DNA from: Thermoproteota archaeon
GTDB taxonomy: Archaea; Thermoproteota; Nitrososphaeria; Nitrososphaerales; Nitrososphaeraceae
NCBI GenBank assembly: GCA_040757615.1
Contig: JBFLWZ010000001.1
Span: 1-55,794 of the forward strand
DNA: 55,794 nucleotides
Reading direction: 5' to 3'
Below, one piece after another: positions 48,124-55,794 of this stretch; the stretch's first letter is position 1; the number at the start of each line of letters is the position of its first letter. The position numbers were made by a program, and so were the translations under genes. The notes beneath the pieces are model-generated. The model was not told the DNA's origin. It did no database searches and saw nothing but the letters and a program-made list of their open reading frames with translations.

Positions 48124-48765
48124 TCATGGATTTTCGCAATTAGCTATCCAATTAGATCCGACCTGATCAAAGCACTCATCGTCATCTGCGCCTCCATTCA
48201 AGCCATCATCCCCGTCGTGACCATACAGAGTGTCATTTCCAGCACTGCCTTCCATCTTGTCGTTGTCGGGTCCACCATACATCAAATCATTATTTTCACC
48301 GCCGGACATGCGGTCATTTCCATCGTTACCATACAGAACATCGCTTCCATCCTCGCCAAACATTGTGTCATCTCCCGGCCCACCAGACATTTCATCGATT
48401 CCAGATCCACCAAATATCATGTCATTGCCTTCATTGCCAATGACCCCGTCATCACCGTCTCCGCCAATCAGGCAGTCATTCCCTGCATTCCCCATTATCT
48501 GGTCATTGCCTTCGAACCCCAGGATCAAATCGGGTTTGCCAGTCCCGACAAGGACATCGTTGTTTGAAGTACCACGGATTACGCTTGCAAATTCGCTCAA
48601 TGGACGGCTGCAAAATTGCTGCTGTTGTTGGGTATCGCCGGGACCCGTGCCTTGTGCCTCTGCATTTGCTTTCGATAAGAAGCCGGGGTTGCCTGCTGGA
48701 AGAACCAGCAATGCGGACACCACAATAACACTTATCTGTTCCCAATATTTGGGTAATATAAACAT
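48124..48765 (-). CDS. Secreted protein with RTX-type Ca-binding nonapeptide repeats
   Basis: Signal peptide followed by about 13 GxxGxD repeats. Confidence 0.88.
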   Translation of the reverse strand: MFILPKYWEQISVIVVSALLVLPAGNPGFLSKANAEAQGTGPGDTQQQQQFCSRPLSEFASVIRGTSNNDVLVGTGKPDLILGFEGNDQIMGNAGNDCLIGGDGDDGVIGNEGNDMIFGGSGIDEMSGGPGDDTMFGEDGSDVLYGNDGNDRMSGGENNDLMYGGPDNDKMEGSAGNDTLYGHDGDDGLNGGADDDECFDQVGSNWIANCENP

Positions 48766-49000
48766 CGTTCACCCAAAGTGGTGATTTTATATAAAAATCT
48801 TGTGCAAACAGGTTCTGTCAGGGCTTGGGTTGATGCGGCTCTTCATTGGTTGGTTACTTTCCTGTATAGCCTGTTGATGGCGGCATGTAGAGCATCAAGC
48901 AGTCATGCTCCACCGAGCTGTTGTCATATATTATTATCATCGACGGAAACATTCAGGCGCATCGTCAGTGATTGCATCAGGATCAGACTTTCGAATTCCC

Positions 49001-49390
49001 TCAGCTTCGAGCAAAAAGTTTAAGGCCCACTTTCAGGGATTCGATAGTTTCAAAATGGCTATCCAGCGAATAAAGGCTGGCACCATTCATTATCGCTATG
49101 GCAGCTATCATCGCATCTGTCCGACGCACTGCCCTTCCTTTTCTCCCTGCCTCAAGCTCTATCCTGGAAGAAAGGCTGGCATCTTCCTTTGTAAAGCTGA
49201 TGACCGGAAGCTGTGCAACAGCGCTGACTGGTCTAGAGTATTTGGCAAGACCGTACATTATTTCATGGAAATTTATAGAAGTGATGGCTACAGCTTGGCC
49301 AGACGCTCTGATTCGATTTAACGCTTCATCGCCTTTGGAGGATTCTTTGTCAAATATCTCTATCAAGACATCCGTATCCAACACTATCAT
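49001..49390 (-). CDS. vapC: VapC PIN toxin
   Basis: VLDTDVLI, NFHEI, DAMIAA, SLDSHF. Confidence 0.9.
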   Translation of the reverse strand: MIVLDTDVLIEIFDKESSKGDEALNRIRASGQAVAITSINFHEIMYGLAKYSRPVSAVAQLPVISFTKEDASLSSRIELEAGRKGRAVRRTDAMIAAIAIMNGASLYSLDSHFETIESLKVGLKLFARS

Positions 49391-49599
49391 TGTCTGCGCT
49401 CAGCTCTTGAAGCTTTCAATTCTGAAATCATTTTGGATTTATCCTTGAACTCAGCGCTTCCTCTGAGCGAGGACAGGATCTCTACCGAGCTAGTGCCGGC
49501 AAGCAATCTCTCGAAAAGCTCGCTGAAGCTCTCATCTTTAGATTTTGCATCCAGTAATCGTTTGTATACTTCGTCTCTTATTGTGATGGTCTTGACCAC
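49387..49599 (-). CDS. vapB: Archaeal VapB-type antitoxin
   Basis: KTITIRDEVYKRL..K..DESFSELFERL; ATGA overlap with vapC; AAACATACAT repeated twice upstream. Confidence 0.88.
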   Translation of the reverse strand: MVKTITIRDEVYKRLLDAKSKDESFSELFERLLAGTSSVEILSSLRGSAEFKDKSKMISELKASRAERRQ

Positions 49600-49766
49600 G
49601 TATGGATCATGGGTAAACATACATTTAAACATACATCTTGAACTTTACTGGGTCGTCTCCAAATGTGGCAATTGCACAAGGCCTGCATCAGGAAGTTCTT
49701 GAGAGAATAGCACTAAGAAATCCGCTTGTGAAATCCAGCTCTTCACGGGGTTGCCTGACAGACATT

Positions 49767-51272
49767 TCACAATTGTATTGAGCCGTTCTCTCCTACTACC
49801 TTTACAACATTAGGATGCCACTTCTGATGATATTCTTCGTGGACGGTGTGGATCGGGACCAAGCTCTTTGATTGCGTTTCTTCGATCACCTTCTTTATCT
49901 GGTTTCCATCGCCGTGCCCCGAAACATGGGTATGATTCCACTGGCCCTCACTTGAAATTAATTTCAAGTGCACCATCCACCGCTTGATCCTTTCTTCATC
50001 CAGCTTCATTTCGTCATCAAATGGCTCGGTGGATGACCGAATATAGCTAGATCCTATTTCTGGTCTGATATCAACCAGATTAAGGAGCTGAAAATCATTG
50101 CAATAGAATATCAGATCTCCTTGCTTTGCCTTTACATCGGTGTAGTTGACAGCATTTCGGTAATCAACAAATTCTCTTTCCCATTTATCATAATCTTCCA
50201 GGACCTGCTTTTCGGTCCAGACAGACCTGTCTCTATCAATGAGTCCCCATCCCTTTCTAGGTAGAAAGATCTTGATTCTTTTGTCATCAGGCCGGGGATA
50301 GATGTTCTTCCACTTTTCCAAACTCTGAAATAGCTTTAGAAGATATGCCTGCTTTAGATCTATAACCAAATCCCTTTCTGACTCCTTTGCCGCATTGTAG
50401 AATGAAAGCAGCCTGTCAAGGTCCCGGGTAGGATAATTGCACACAACCAGTTTTTTCGTTTGATTCACTATTTTCTTTACATCCTGCTCTACTTCAAATT
50501 CGGTCTTTGAATGAGTTTCATGTATTCTAGTGCCTTCGCATAGCAGGTAGTCTAGTTCAGACTCGCCGCACCTCTCAACAAATTTTTCAGTATCGGATGC
50601 TCTTCTGCCATGAAAGCGCAAATCTGCAGTATAAGCCAGCGAGCCTTTAGAGGTATGAAGGACAAACCCGCTGACACCAGGAATAGAGTGGTCTACTGCT
50701 AGCGGCTCTACCTCGATAGAATCGATGTTGAACTTTTTGGCGCTCTCTATGGTCCTTATCGGGCGCTCTATTATCTCGCGGTGCTTGTCATCTTTGGCCC
50801 TGCTCTTTGCACCTTCCTTGTTGTCATAGAGCTTGAAACTCTCCTTGTATGTGATGTATTCATCGCCGCTTCCAGTATCCTGAAATACCTGCATGACCAG
50901 CTTTGTGGCTTCGGTGCAGTAGATCGGAATGTCCGGCCGCAGGTAGTGGATGTAAGCAGCATGGTCTACGTGTGCATGCGTTAGCAATATGGCATCAAAC
51001 GCAGTCTCCTTCTTGTCATCTCCAAAGTTAGTATGGCGAGTATAATCGCGACGGTAAAGCCCCTGAAGGTTAGGGAGCAGGCCAAATTCCAGCAAATCGC
51101 CAATCCCGCTCAGACCTCTAGGCTGGAGAAATTCAGAGAAATAGCTATTGGCTTTGCCCATCTGCATGCCAAAGTCAAGAAAGACCCGGGTGCCTTTGTC
51201 TTCAATCAAGAACTTGTTACCTCCTATCTCGTGAATTCCGCCATAGAAGGTAATCTTGGTGTCCCTAGACAA
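49767..51272 (-). CDS. MBL/beta-CASP metallohydrolase, RNase J-like
   Basis: EIGGNK, THAHVDH, VDHSIPG, HVSGHG, PIHT. Confidence 0.88.
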   Translation of the reverse strand: MSRDTKITFYGGIHEIGGNKFLIEDKGTRVFLDFGMQMGKANSYFSEFLQPRGLSGIGDLLEFGLLPNLQGLYRRDYTRHTNFGDDKKETAFDAILLTHAHVDHAAYIHYLRPDIPIYCTEATKLVMQVFQDTGSGDEYITYKESFKLYDNKEGAKSRAKDDKHREIIERPIRTIESAKKFNIDSIEVEPLAVDHSIPGVSGFVLHTSKGSLAYTADLRFHGRRASDTEKFVERCGESELDYLLCEGTRIHETHSKTEFEVEQDVKKIVNQTKKLVVCNYPTRDLDRLLSFYNAAKESERDLVIDLKQAYLLKLFQSLEKWKNIYPRPDDKRIKIFLPRKGWGLIDRDRSVWTEKQVLEDYDKWEREFVDYRNAVNYTDVKAKQGDLIFYCNDFQLLNLVDIRPEIGSSYIRSSTEPFDDEMKLDEERIKRWMVHLKLISSEGQWNHTHVSGHGDGNQIKKVIEETQSKSLVPIHTVHEEYHQKWHPNVVKVVGENGSIQL

Positions 51273-51444
51273 GCAAGAATGGTAATGGGTGCTTGCTTAT
51301 TAGGTTACACAGGTTCTTCCAGGTCTGTGGCTGATGAATGACCTGTCAACTTTACGTGCCAGCAGAGGCCGGACCTTCTGTGGAATTGGGATATCAATCA
51401 AAATCTACTTGCGTCCCGCTAAGCTGCAGGCAGAACCTGCAAAG

Positions 51445-51657
51445 CTAATAATAATACCTGAAATGCGCTTCGCCGTTTGCGTCAATTTCCAGACCAATCT
51501 GCATTACAGCGCGCGATATTGATCCGTGGAATGCCAGTGGCGCTGATGGTGGGGGAGTATTTGGTGGCCATGTATGCGCCAACGGCACGATTGGCGCAAA
51601 CAATACAATAATTACCAAGGCACAAAGTCCGAGTATGACAACAGCCTTTCTTGACAT
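51445..51657 (-). CDS. Small membrane-anchored hypothetical protein
   Basis: N-terminal TM helix, Pro-rich linker. Confidence 0.5.
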   Translation of the reverse strand: MSRKAVVILGLCALVIIVLFAPIVPLAHTWPPNTPPPSAPLAFHGSISRAVMQIGLEIDANGEAHFRYYY

Positions 51658-51859
51658 TCCTGAACCCTCAATATGAAACCCGTCAATTTTTTCTTTATCC
51701 CTTGATAGTCAAAACAAAACAAGAATGTCACAGTGCGCCATCATCCACCCAAGTTAACAGCAGGCTAACCGATAACCGAAAGTGGGCCCAAGTAAGTTAC
51801 CAGTATTATGATCTTGCCAATTCATGATAGATAGGGGAACGCGATCGCCGCGGCTGATC

Positions 51860-52528
51860 CTATGTCTCCTCTTCCCTTACAATATCCAGAACCTGCGTGA
51901 GCCTGCTGACAAAGAACGTCGGTCCTTCCCTCCTCAGCAGCTGCTCTGCATGGTAGCTCCCGTCTTCCCGGTGTATCGCGACTGATCTAACTCCAGCCCT
52001 GCGCGCGGCCTCGACGTCCTCCCTCATGTCGCCGACATATATCGCATGGTTGGCGTGGTAGTCCAGATTGTCTAGTACTCTGAGGATTGACTCCGGGTGG
52101 GGTTTTTGCTCTTTGTAGTCCTCCAGGCTGTATACGTTCTCCTCCTTGAAGAACTTCTGCAGCCCGAACCGGGACATCATCATGTTGACGACTCCGCGCG
52201 GGCTGTGTGAAGCAACCGCCAGCTGCATCCGCTTCTTTGCAAGGACGGCCAGCGTGTCGACCACGTCATCGAATACCTTGACATAGTCTGCGAGCTCGCC
52301 ATAGAACTGCTTGTAGTCCTGCACAATTTTCGGGTCCTTTGCTTCCGCCAGAGTAAAGCCCTTGGCGACAAGGTAGTCCCAGTATGGGAGCCTGAAGTTC
52401 TTCCTGAATTCGTCGAGGGTATCTGGCTTTTTTTCGTTCAGCCTCATTATCTTTGATATTGATAGCCATGATTGGCGCAGATCGTTGATTAGCACGCCGC
52501 TAAAGTCAAAGATGACGAGCCTGATCAA
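51860..52528 (-). CDS. HAD-superfamily hydrolase (phosphoglycolate phosphatase-like)
   Basis: VIFDFSGVL, KPHPE, YVGDMREDV. Confidence 0.85.
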   Translation of the reverse strand: MIRLVIFDFSGVLINDLRQSWLSISKIMRLNEKKPDTLDEFRKNFRLPYWDYLVAKGFTLAEAKDPKIVQDYKQFYGELADYVKVFDDVVDTLAVLAKKRMQLAVASHSPRGVVNMMMSRFGLQKFFKEENVYSLEDYKEQKPHPESILRVLDNLDYHANHAIYVGDMREDVEAARRAGVRSVAIHREDGSYHAEQLLRREGPTFFVSRLTQVLDIVREEET

Positions 52529-53051
52529 GGGTCTGCTCCCGAATCAGTGCTATTACCAATCGGTGGTCTAAAACGTTTCGCAGGCTGTCCGAAATGTCTT
52601 CGGCGCTGCAGGCAACAAGAACCCGAACGGTCCTGTGACTGAAATACTAGAGCGACGTGGAGAGTGTCTTGACGACGAGATCCCATAAGCAGTGAAAGCA
52701 GTATCCGAAATCCACGATCCGTTGTTATTCTTTTCCATGCTATAGGCGTGTATGTGTATGTTTCTTAATCATTTATTTTTTGTAGCGCGAACTTGATCGC
52801 TTTTAAATTTTGCAATGCAGTGCAGACCTACCCTTTAAGTTATTGTGCATCTTTCAATAGAAGTGACGCAATCCATCAACGCTAGAGTGAATCATGTGCA
52901 CGAGTCCTGTCCGCAAGCCCCTGGCTGCTGAAACTATTAGGGCGCGGACAGGGCTCACATGATCCTCATGTAAGCAGGCAGATTTAATAAAATGATACAT
53001 CCAAAATGATGGATGAGGGTCTGTCTGATGAATTCCCGGATGCATTCAAAC

Positions 53052-53444
53052 ATGCGGACTCTTGTGATCGCAGGAATTTTGGCTCCTGCAGCAGTTGCTG
53101 CGATATTTTTCTTCTTTATCATCCCGGCTGCTTTTGGAGGAAGCCTTGGTTCGCTACTCGACATTCCTGATTACCGTCTGGAAGTAGACCCAATCAACAC
53201 TCCCGGGGACACAGGCAGCTGGAGTCGCATAGTATTGTCCAATACGGGCAGGATGGCGCTGACAAACCTGACTGTGTCGATGGATGGTAATGTAATACAG
53301 CGGCTGGATGTTTTGGGACCGGGCGAGACCGCGTCCATTTCACCTGATGCTGAAAAGCTGGGGATAGTAACAGTAACGACCTCTGAAGGGCTGCATGTGA
53401 CCAAAGAATTCAGAACGCCACTGGGCCTGCCTGGGCATCATTGA
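53052..53444 (+). CDS. Membrane-anchored small Ig/CARDB-like protein
   Basis: N-terminal TM; SNTG..LTNL..LGPGET pattern; start uncertain. Confidence 0.65.
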   Translation: MRTLVIAGILAPAAVAAIFFFFIIPAAFGGSLGSLLDIPDYRLEVDPINTPGDTGSWSRIVLSNTGRMALTNLTVSMDGNVIQRLDVLGPGETASISPDAEKLGIVTVTTSEGLHVTKEFRTPLGLPGHH

Positions 53445-53759
53445 TTCTAAATTATTGCCTTTCAATTGTTTTGGCGCCCGCACTCACTGTAGTCTCAAGT
53501 CCCTCTGGGCCCGCCTAATCAAGTTGTTTGATTGACAGAGAATGCCGAGCGCAAGCCTACCTGCTTTTTAGCGGCAGGTTAGCGAGGCTCCATACATACT
53601 CCCTCCCCCCACACGGGCGCTCCAGTAGTTAAAATTGCTAGTAGCCCTTTGCAGTAGCAACACTAAATCGTTTATGATTACTCTAAAACCGTTCTGAACA
53701 GTAAGGAGCAAAATACAGAACCCTTAATCCACAATTTCTGCAGTTCTACTATTACTGCT

Positions 53760-53906
53760 ATGATGAACAACGCTTTCGAATCCATTGCATGGGTAGGACT
53801 TGGCTTTGCGCCGACGCTTGTCGCCATGGAAGTAGCGTGGAGGCTTGCGCAAAAGAAGAGGCGCAGCCATGAAAAGCTGGTCACCGAGGTGAATATTCAG
53901 CAATGA
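53760..53906 (+). CDS. 48-aa single-TM microprotein
   Basis: MMNNAFESIAWVGLGFAPTLVAMEVAWRLAQKKRR..; ATGA overlap with the next ORF. Confidence 0.72.
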   Translation: MMNNAFESIAWVGLGFAPTLVAMEVAWRLAQKKRRSHEKLVTEVNIQQ

Positions 53907-54067
53907 ATATCGTTGACACGGCCTCCGCCGCTCTCGGATCTGCGATCCTGCTTGGACTGCTTGTCCTGGTGGCTATTGACGGAGCAAAGAGGCGGCATGA
54001 AGGCAGGCGGCTCGTCTCTGCAGTCGACAGCAAGTGGCAAAAACTGAAGGTAGAGATACCTGCATGA
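53903..54067 (+). CDS. 54-aa single-TM microprotein
   Basis: MNIVDTASAALGSAILLGLLVLVAIDG..; ATGA overlaps at both ends. Confidence 0.68.
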   Translation: MNIVDTASAALGSAILLGLLVLVAIDGAKRRHEGRRLVSAVDSKWQKLKVEIPA

Positions 54068-54621
54068 CGGCCAACAGTGGTGGTGGTGCTGTCAGGAAGG
54101 CAACGGGCGCTTGGTCCAGCAGGTTCATAGTAGCTGCCATAGTGCAGGGCGCAGCCGTGATGGCCCTGACCCTGTCCGTAGTGGGCGCACAGGTGCTCGT
54201 TTCCAACATCAACGTCATCCAGTTTCTGTCGCTCTCCTTTGAGGGCCCTGCCAAGTGGTTCTTTTTAGGATACATCCTTTACCTGATCCTTGTAGTGGCG
54301 GTGGCAGTCACTGCCGTGTTTTACAGCCACCTTGAAGTGAACCTGGGAAAGCGCATACGCGGCTTTAGGTCCGTTCTGGCATGGGTGCACCTTGTCGGGA
54401 TGAATGCCGGTGGAGCTGCGGCCACGATCGCCATGATATTTGCCGGCCTTGCAGGCTCGGGAGTGCTTGACGCTATCATCGCAGGCAGTCATGAGCTGCG
54501 GCCCAACCCTGCCATCATGGACCAGTTTATCGCCCCAATCGCAGCTGCTGCGGGCTTGCTCAGCATAGGGGTGCTGGCAGGCGGCCTTGCCTATGTCTCT
54601 ACATACCTGAAAAAGAGCTAG
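54064..54621 (+). CDS. Four-TM membrane protein, weak resemblance to heme-copper oxidase subunit I C-terminal helices
   Basis: WSSRFIVAAIVQG, WFFLGY, LAWVHLVGMN..AGL. Confidence 0.7.
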   Translation: MTANSGGGAVRKATGAWSSRFIVAAIVQGAAVMALTLSVVGAQVLVSNINVIQFLSLSFEGPAKWFFLGYILYLILVVAVAVTAVFYSHLEVNLGKRIRGFRSVLAWVHLVGMNAGGAAATIAMIFAGLAGSGVLDAIIAGSHELRPNPAIMDQFIAPIAAAAGLLSIGVLAGGLAYVSTYLKKS

Positions 54622-54690
54622 AATGTGTGTGTATGTGTGTTTCAATATAGAAAATAATGGTATTTTAGAACAGCCACTACCAATATACTA

Positions 54691-54860
54691 CTAGGCCATC
54701 TTGGCTTCCGTCCTTGTTCCATCCTTATCGTAGATGCATATACCTTGCCTTCCTGTTCGTCCAGGGTCTTTTTATGCGAGCCATCGCAGAACGGCTGGTT
54801 TGCAGAAAGCCCACACATGCAGATCCATTTCGTCCCGCTGCCTACCTTGACCAAGTAAGT
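54691..54860 (-). pseudogene. CDGSH iron-sulfur protein remnant
   Basis: WICMCGLSANQPFCDGSH; plausible native tail YDKDGTRTEAKMA* is in a shifted frame; N-terminus unclear. Confidence 0.7.
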
Positions 54861-54949
54861 CTGTGCGCACTGACCGGCACCACTTTTTTGTACCATCAAG
54901 TACAAGTTTCAGTCTTACACAGGCCCTCTTGCACTGATGTGGGACTATG

Positions 54950-55188
54950 CCTAATGCTGGCATTTCTGTATCATCAAGCAAGGTGAAATCCAAATCCTCA
55001 GACATGCGCCACCTTCCCGGAAAGTAGACTTTGGAGAGTGAAGTGCCGCCCTTGAACGTCAGCTTGTCGGATATCGAGCTGGAACAGATGCCATATAGTA
55101 TCCATCCTAGAACATAGTCCTTCTCTACAAGGTCCAATGCTATCCTTCTTTCCCTAGACACCCTCTTGAGTTCTTGGGATGATATCAA
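54950..55188 (-). pseudogene. AbiEii nucleotidyltransferase toxin, truncated
   Basis: VEKDY, FKGGTSL and RMSEDLDFT present, but family similarity stops after about 75 aa. Confidence 0.8.
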
Positions 55189-55794
55189 GCGGTCCACCTG
55201 CTCGCTTCGATACGCGCGTTAACTACGATCTTCCACCTTTCCCTTATCTTGCCGTCGCGCCTTGGTAGCGTGGGATCCAAAATCGAATATCCACTCTTTA
55301 GCGTCGCATCCGAGAGGAGTTTTGAGCATTCATCTATTCCAAGGGTTTCTGCTATGTAGCCGAGGCGTTTGATCACCGTATTATTTCCAATGCGCTTTGC
55401 AAAGTTCACGACTTTTGCAAAGTCAAGCTCGTCTCTGGAGAAATAGATGGATTTTGCTACTTCCTCGATGCCGCCGCAGTGTTCCGGGTGGTCAAGACAG
55501 TCCACGACGGTCTTTTCAGGCGATGATACGACAACCTTCCACTTCTCTATTTGAATTTCTTCCGTGGCGAAAACCTTGCGCTTTGGGATGGTCACAAATA
55601 CGAATCTTGTGTCAAGTATTGTACGTGAGTTCCTGGGCTTGGTTGTCGCGACGTATACCGATGGCGGTGTCTGTTCTGTCAATCCGTGGTAATTCAACGC
55701 GCTCCAATATCCTATGTAGTAGGGACTGACTAGGAAAGAACCTATTACGAAACCATGAACGGTGTAATCCAGTGCTCCTCTTTCTCCCGCTTCT
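55185..55794 (-). CDS. AbiEi-family antitoxin / transcriptional regulator (5' end outside window)
   Basis: YYIGYWSALNYHGLTEQ, SPEKTVVDCLDHP..GG..E, KRLGY. Confidence 0.88.
   Translation of the reverse strand, partial: EAGERGALDYTVHGFVIGSFLVSPYYIGYWSALNYHGLTEQTPPSVYVATTKPRNSRTILDTRFVFVTIPKRKVFATEEIQIEKWKVVVSSPEKTVVDCLDHPEHCGGIEEVAKSIYFSRDELDFAKVVNFAKRIGNNTVIKRLGYIAETLGIDECSKLLSDATLKSGYSILDPTLPRRDGKIRERWKIVVNARIEASRWTA

Noticed and set aside
48088-48784. Plus-strand ORFs of 159 and 184 aa with periodic sequence
   Set aside because: Antisense shadows of the RTX nonapeptide repeats.

Overview
Archaeal chromosome segment, most consistent with a Nitrososphaera-like thaumarchaeon (inferred from gene content, archaeal-type ThrRS and PolB1, and TATA-box promoters). 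GC-richer core blocks are nurA-herA-mre11, an lhgO-like oxidoreductase, PolB1 with two LAGLIDADG inteins, agmatinase, thrS, thiC and a seven-gene archaellum operon. They alternate with AT-richer accessory patches carrying three PIN-type TA modules, a Fic protein, an AbiE pair with a truncated toxin, two solo-TnpB elements bracketing thrS and an IS5 with an 8-bp TSD. Most notable observations: (1) a 514-aa candidate modular toxin (fascin-like beta-trefoil, glycine zipper, C-terminal HS..AAGE..TGHY domain); (2) a window-wide family of 75-80-bp MITE-like units and orphan ends with IS6-like 14-bp termini that form inverted pairs and end-8nt-end junctions around cargo; (3) several microproteins missed by the ORF track, including a 28-aa, 75% acidic peptide with its own promoter. 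All calls come from reading the sequence; no searches were run.
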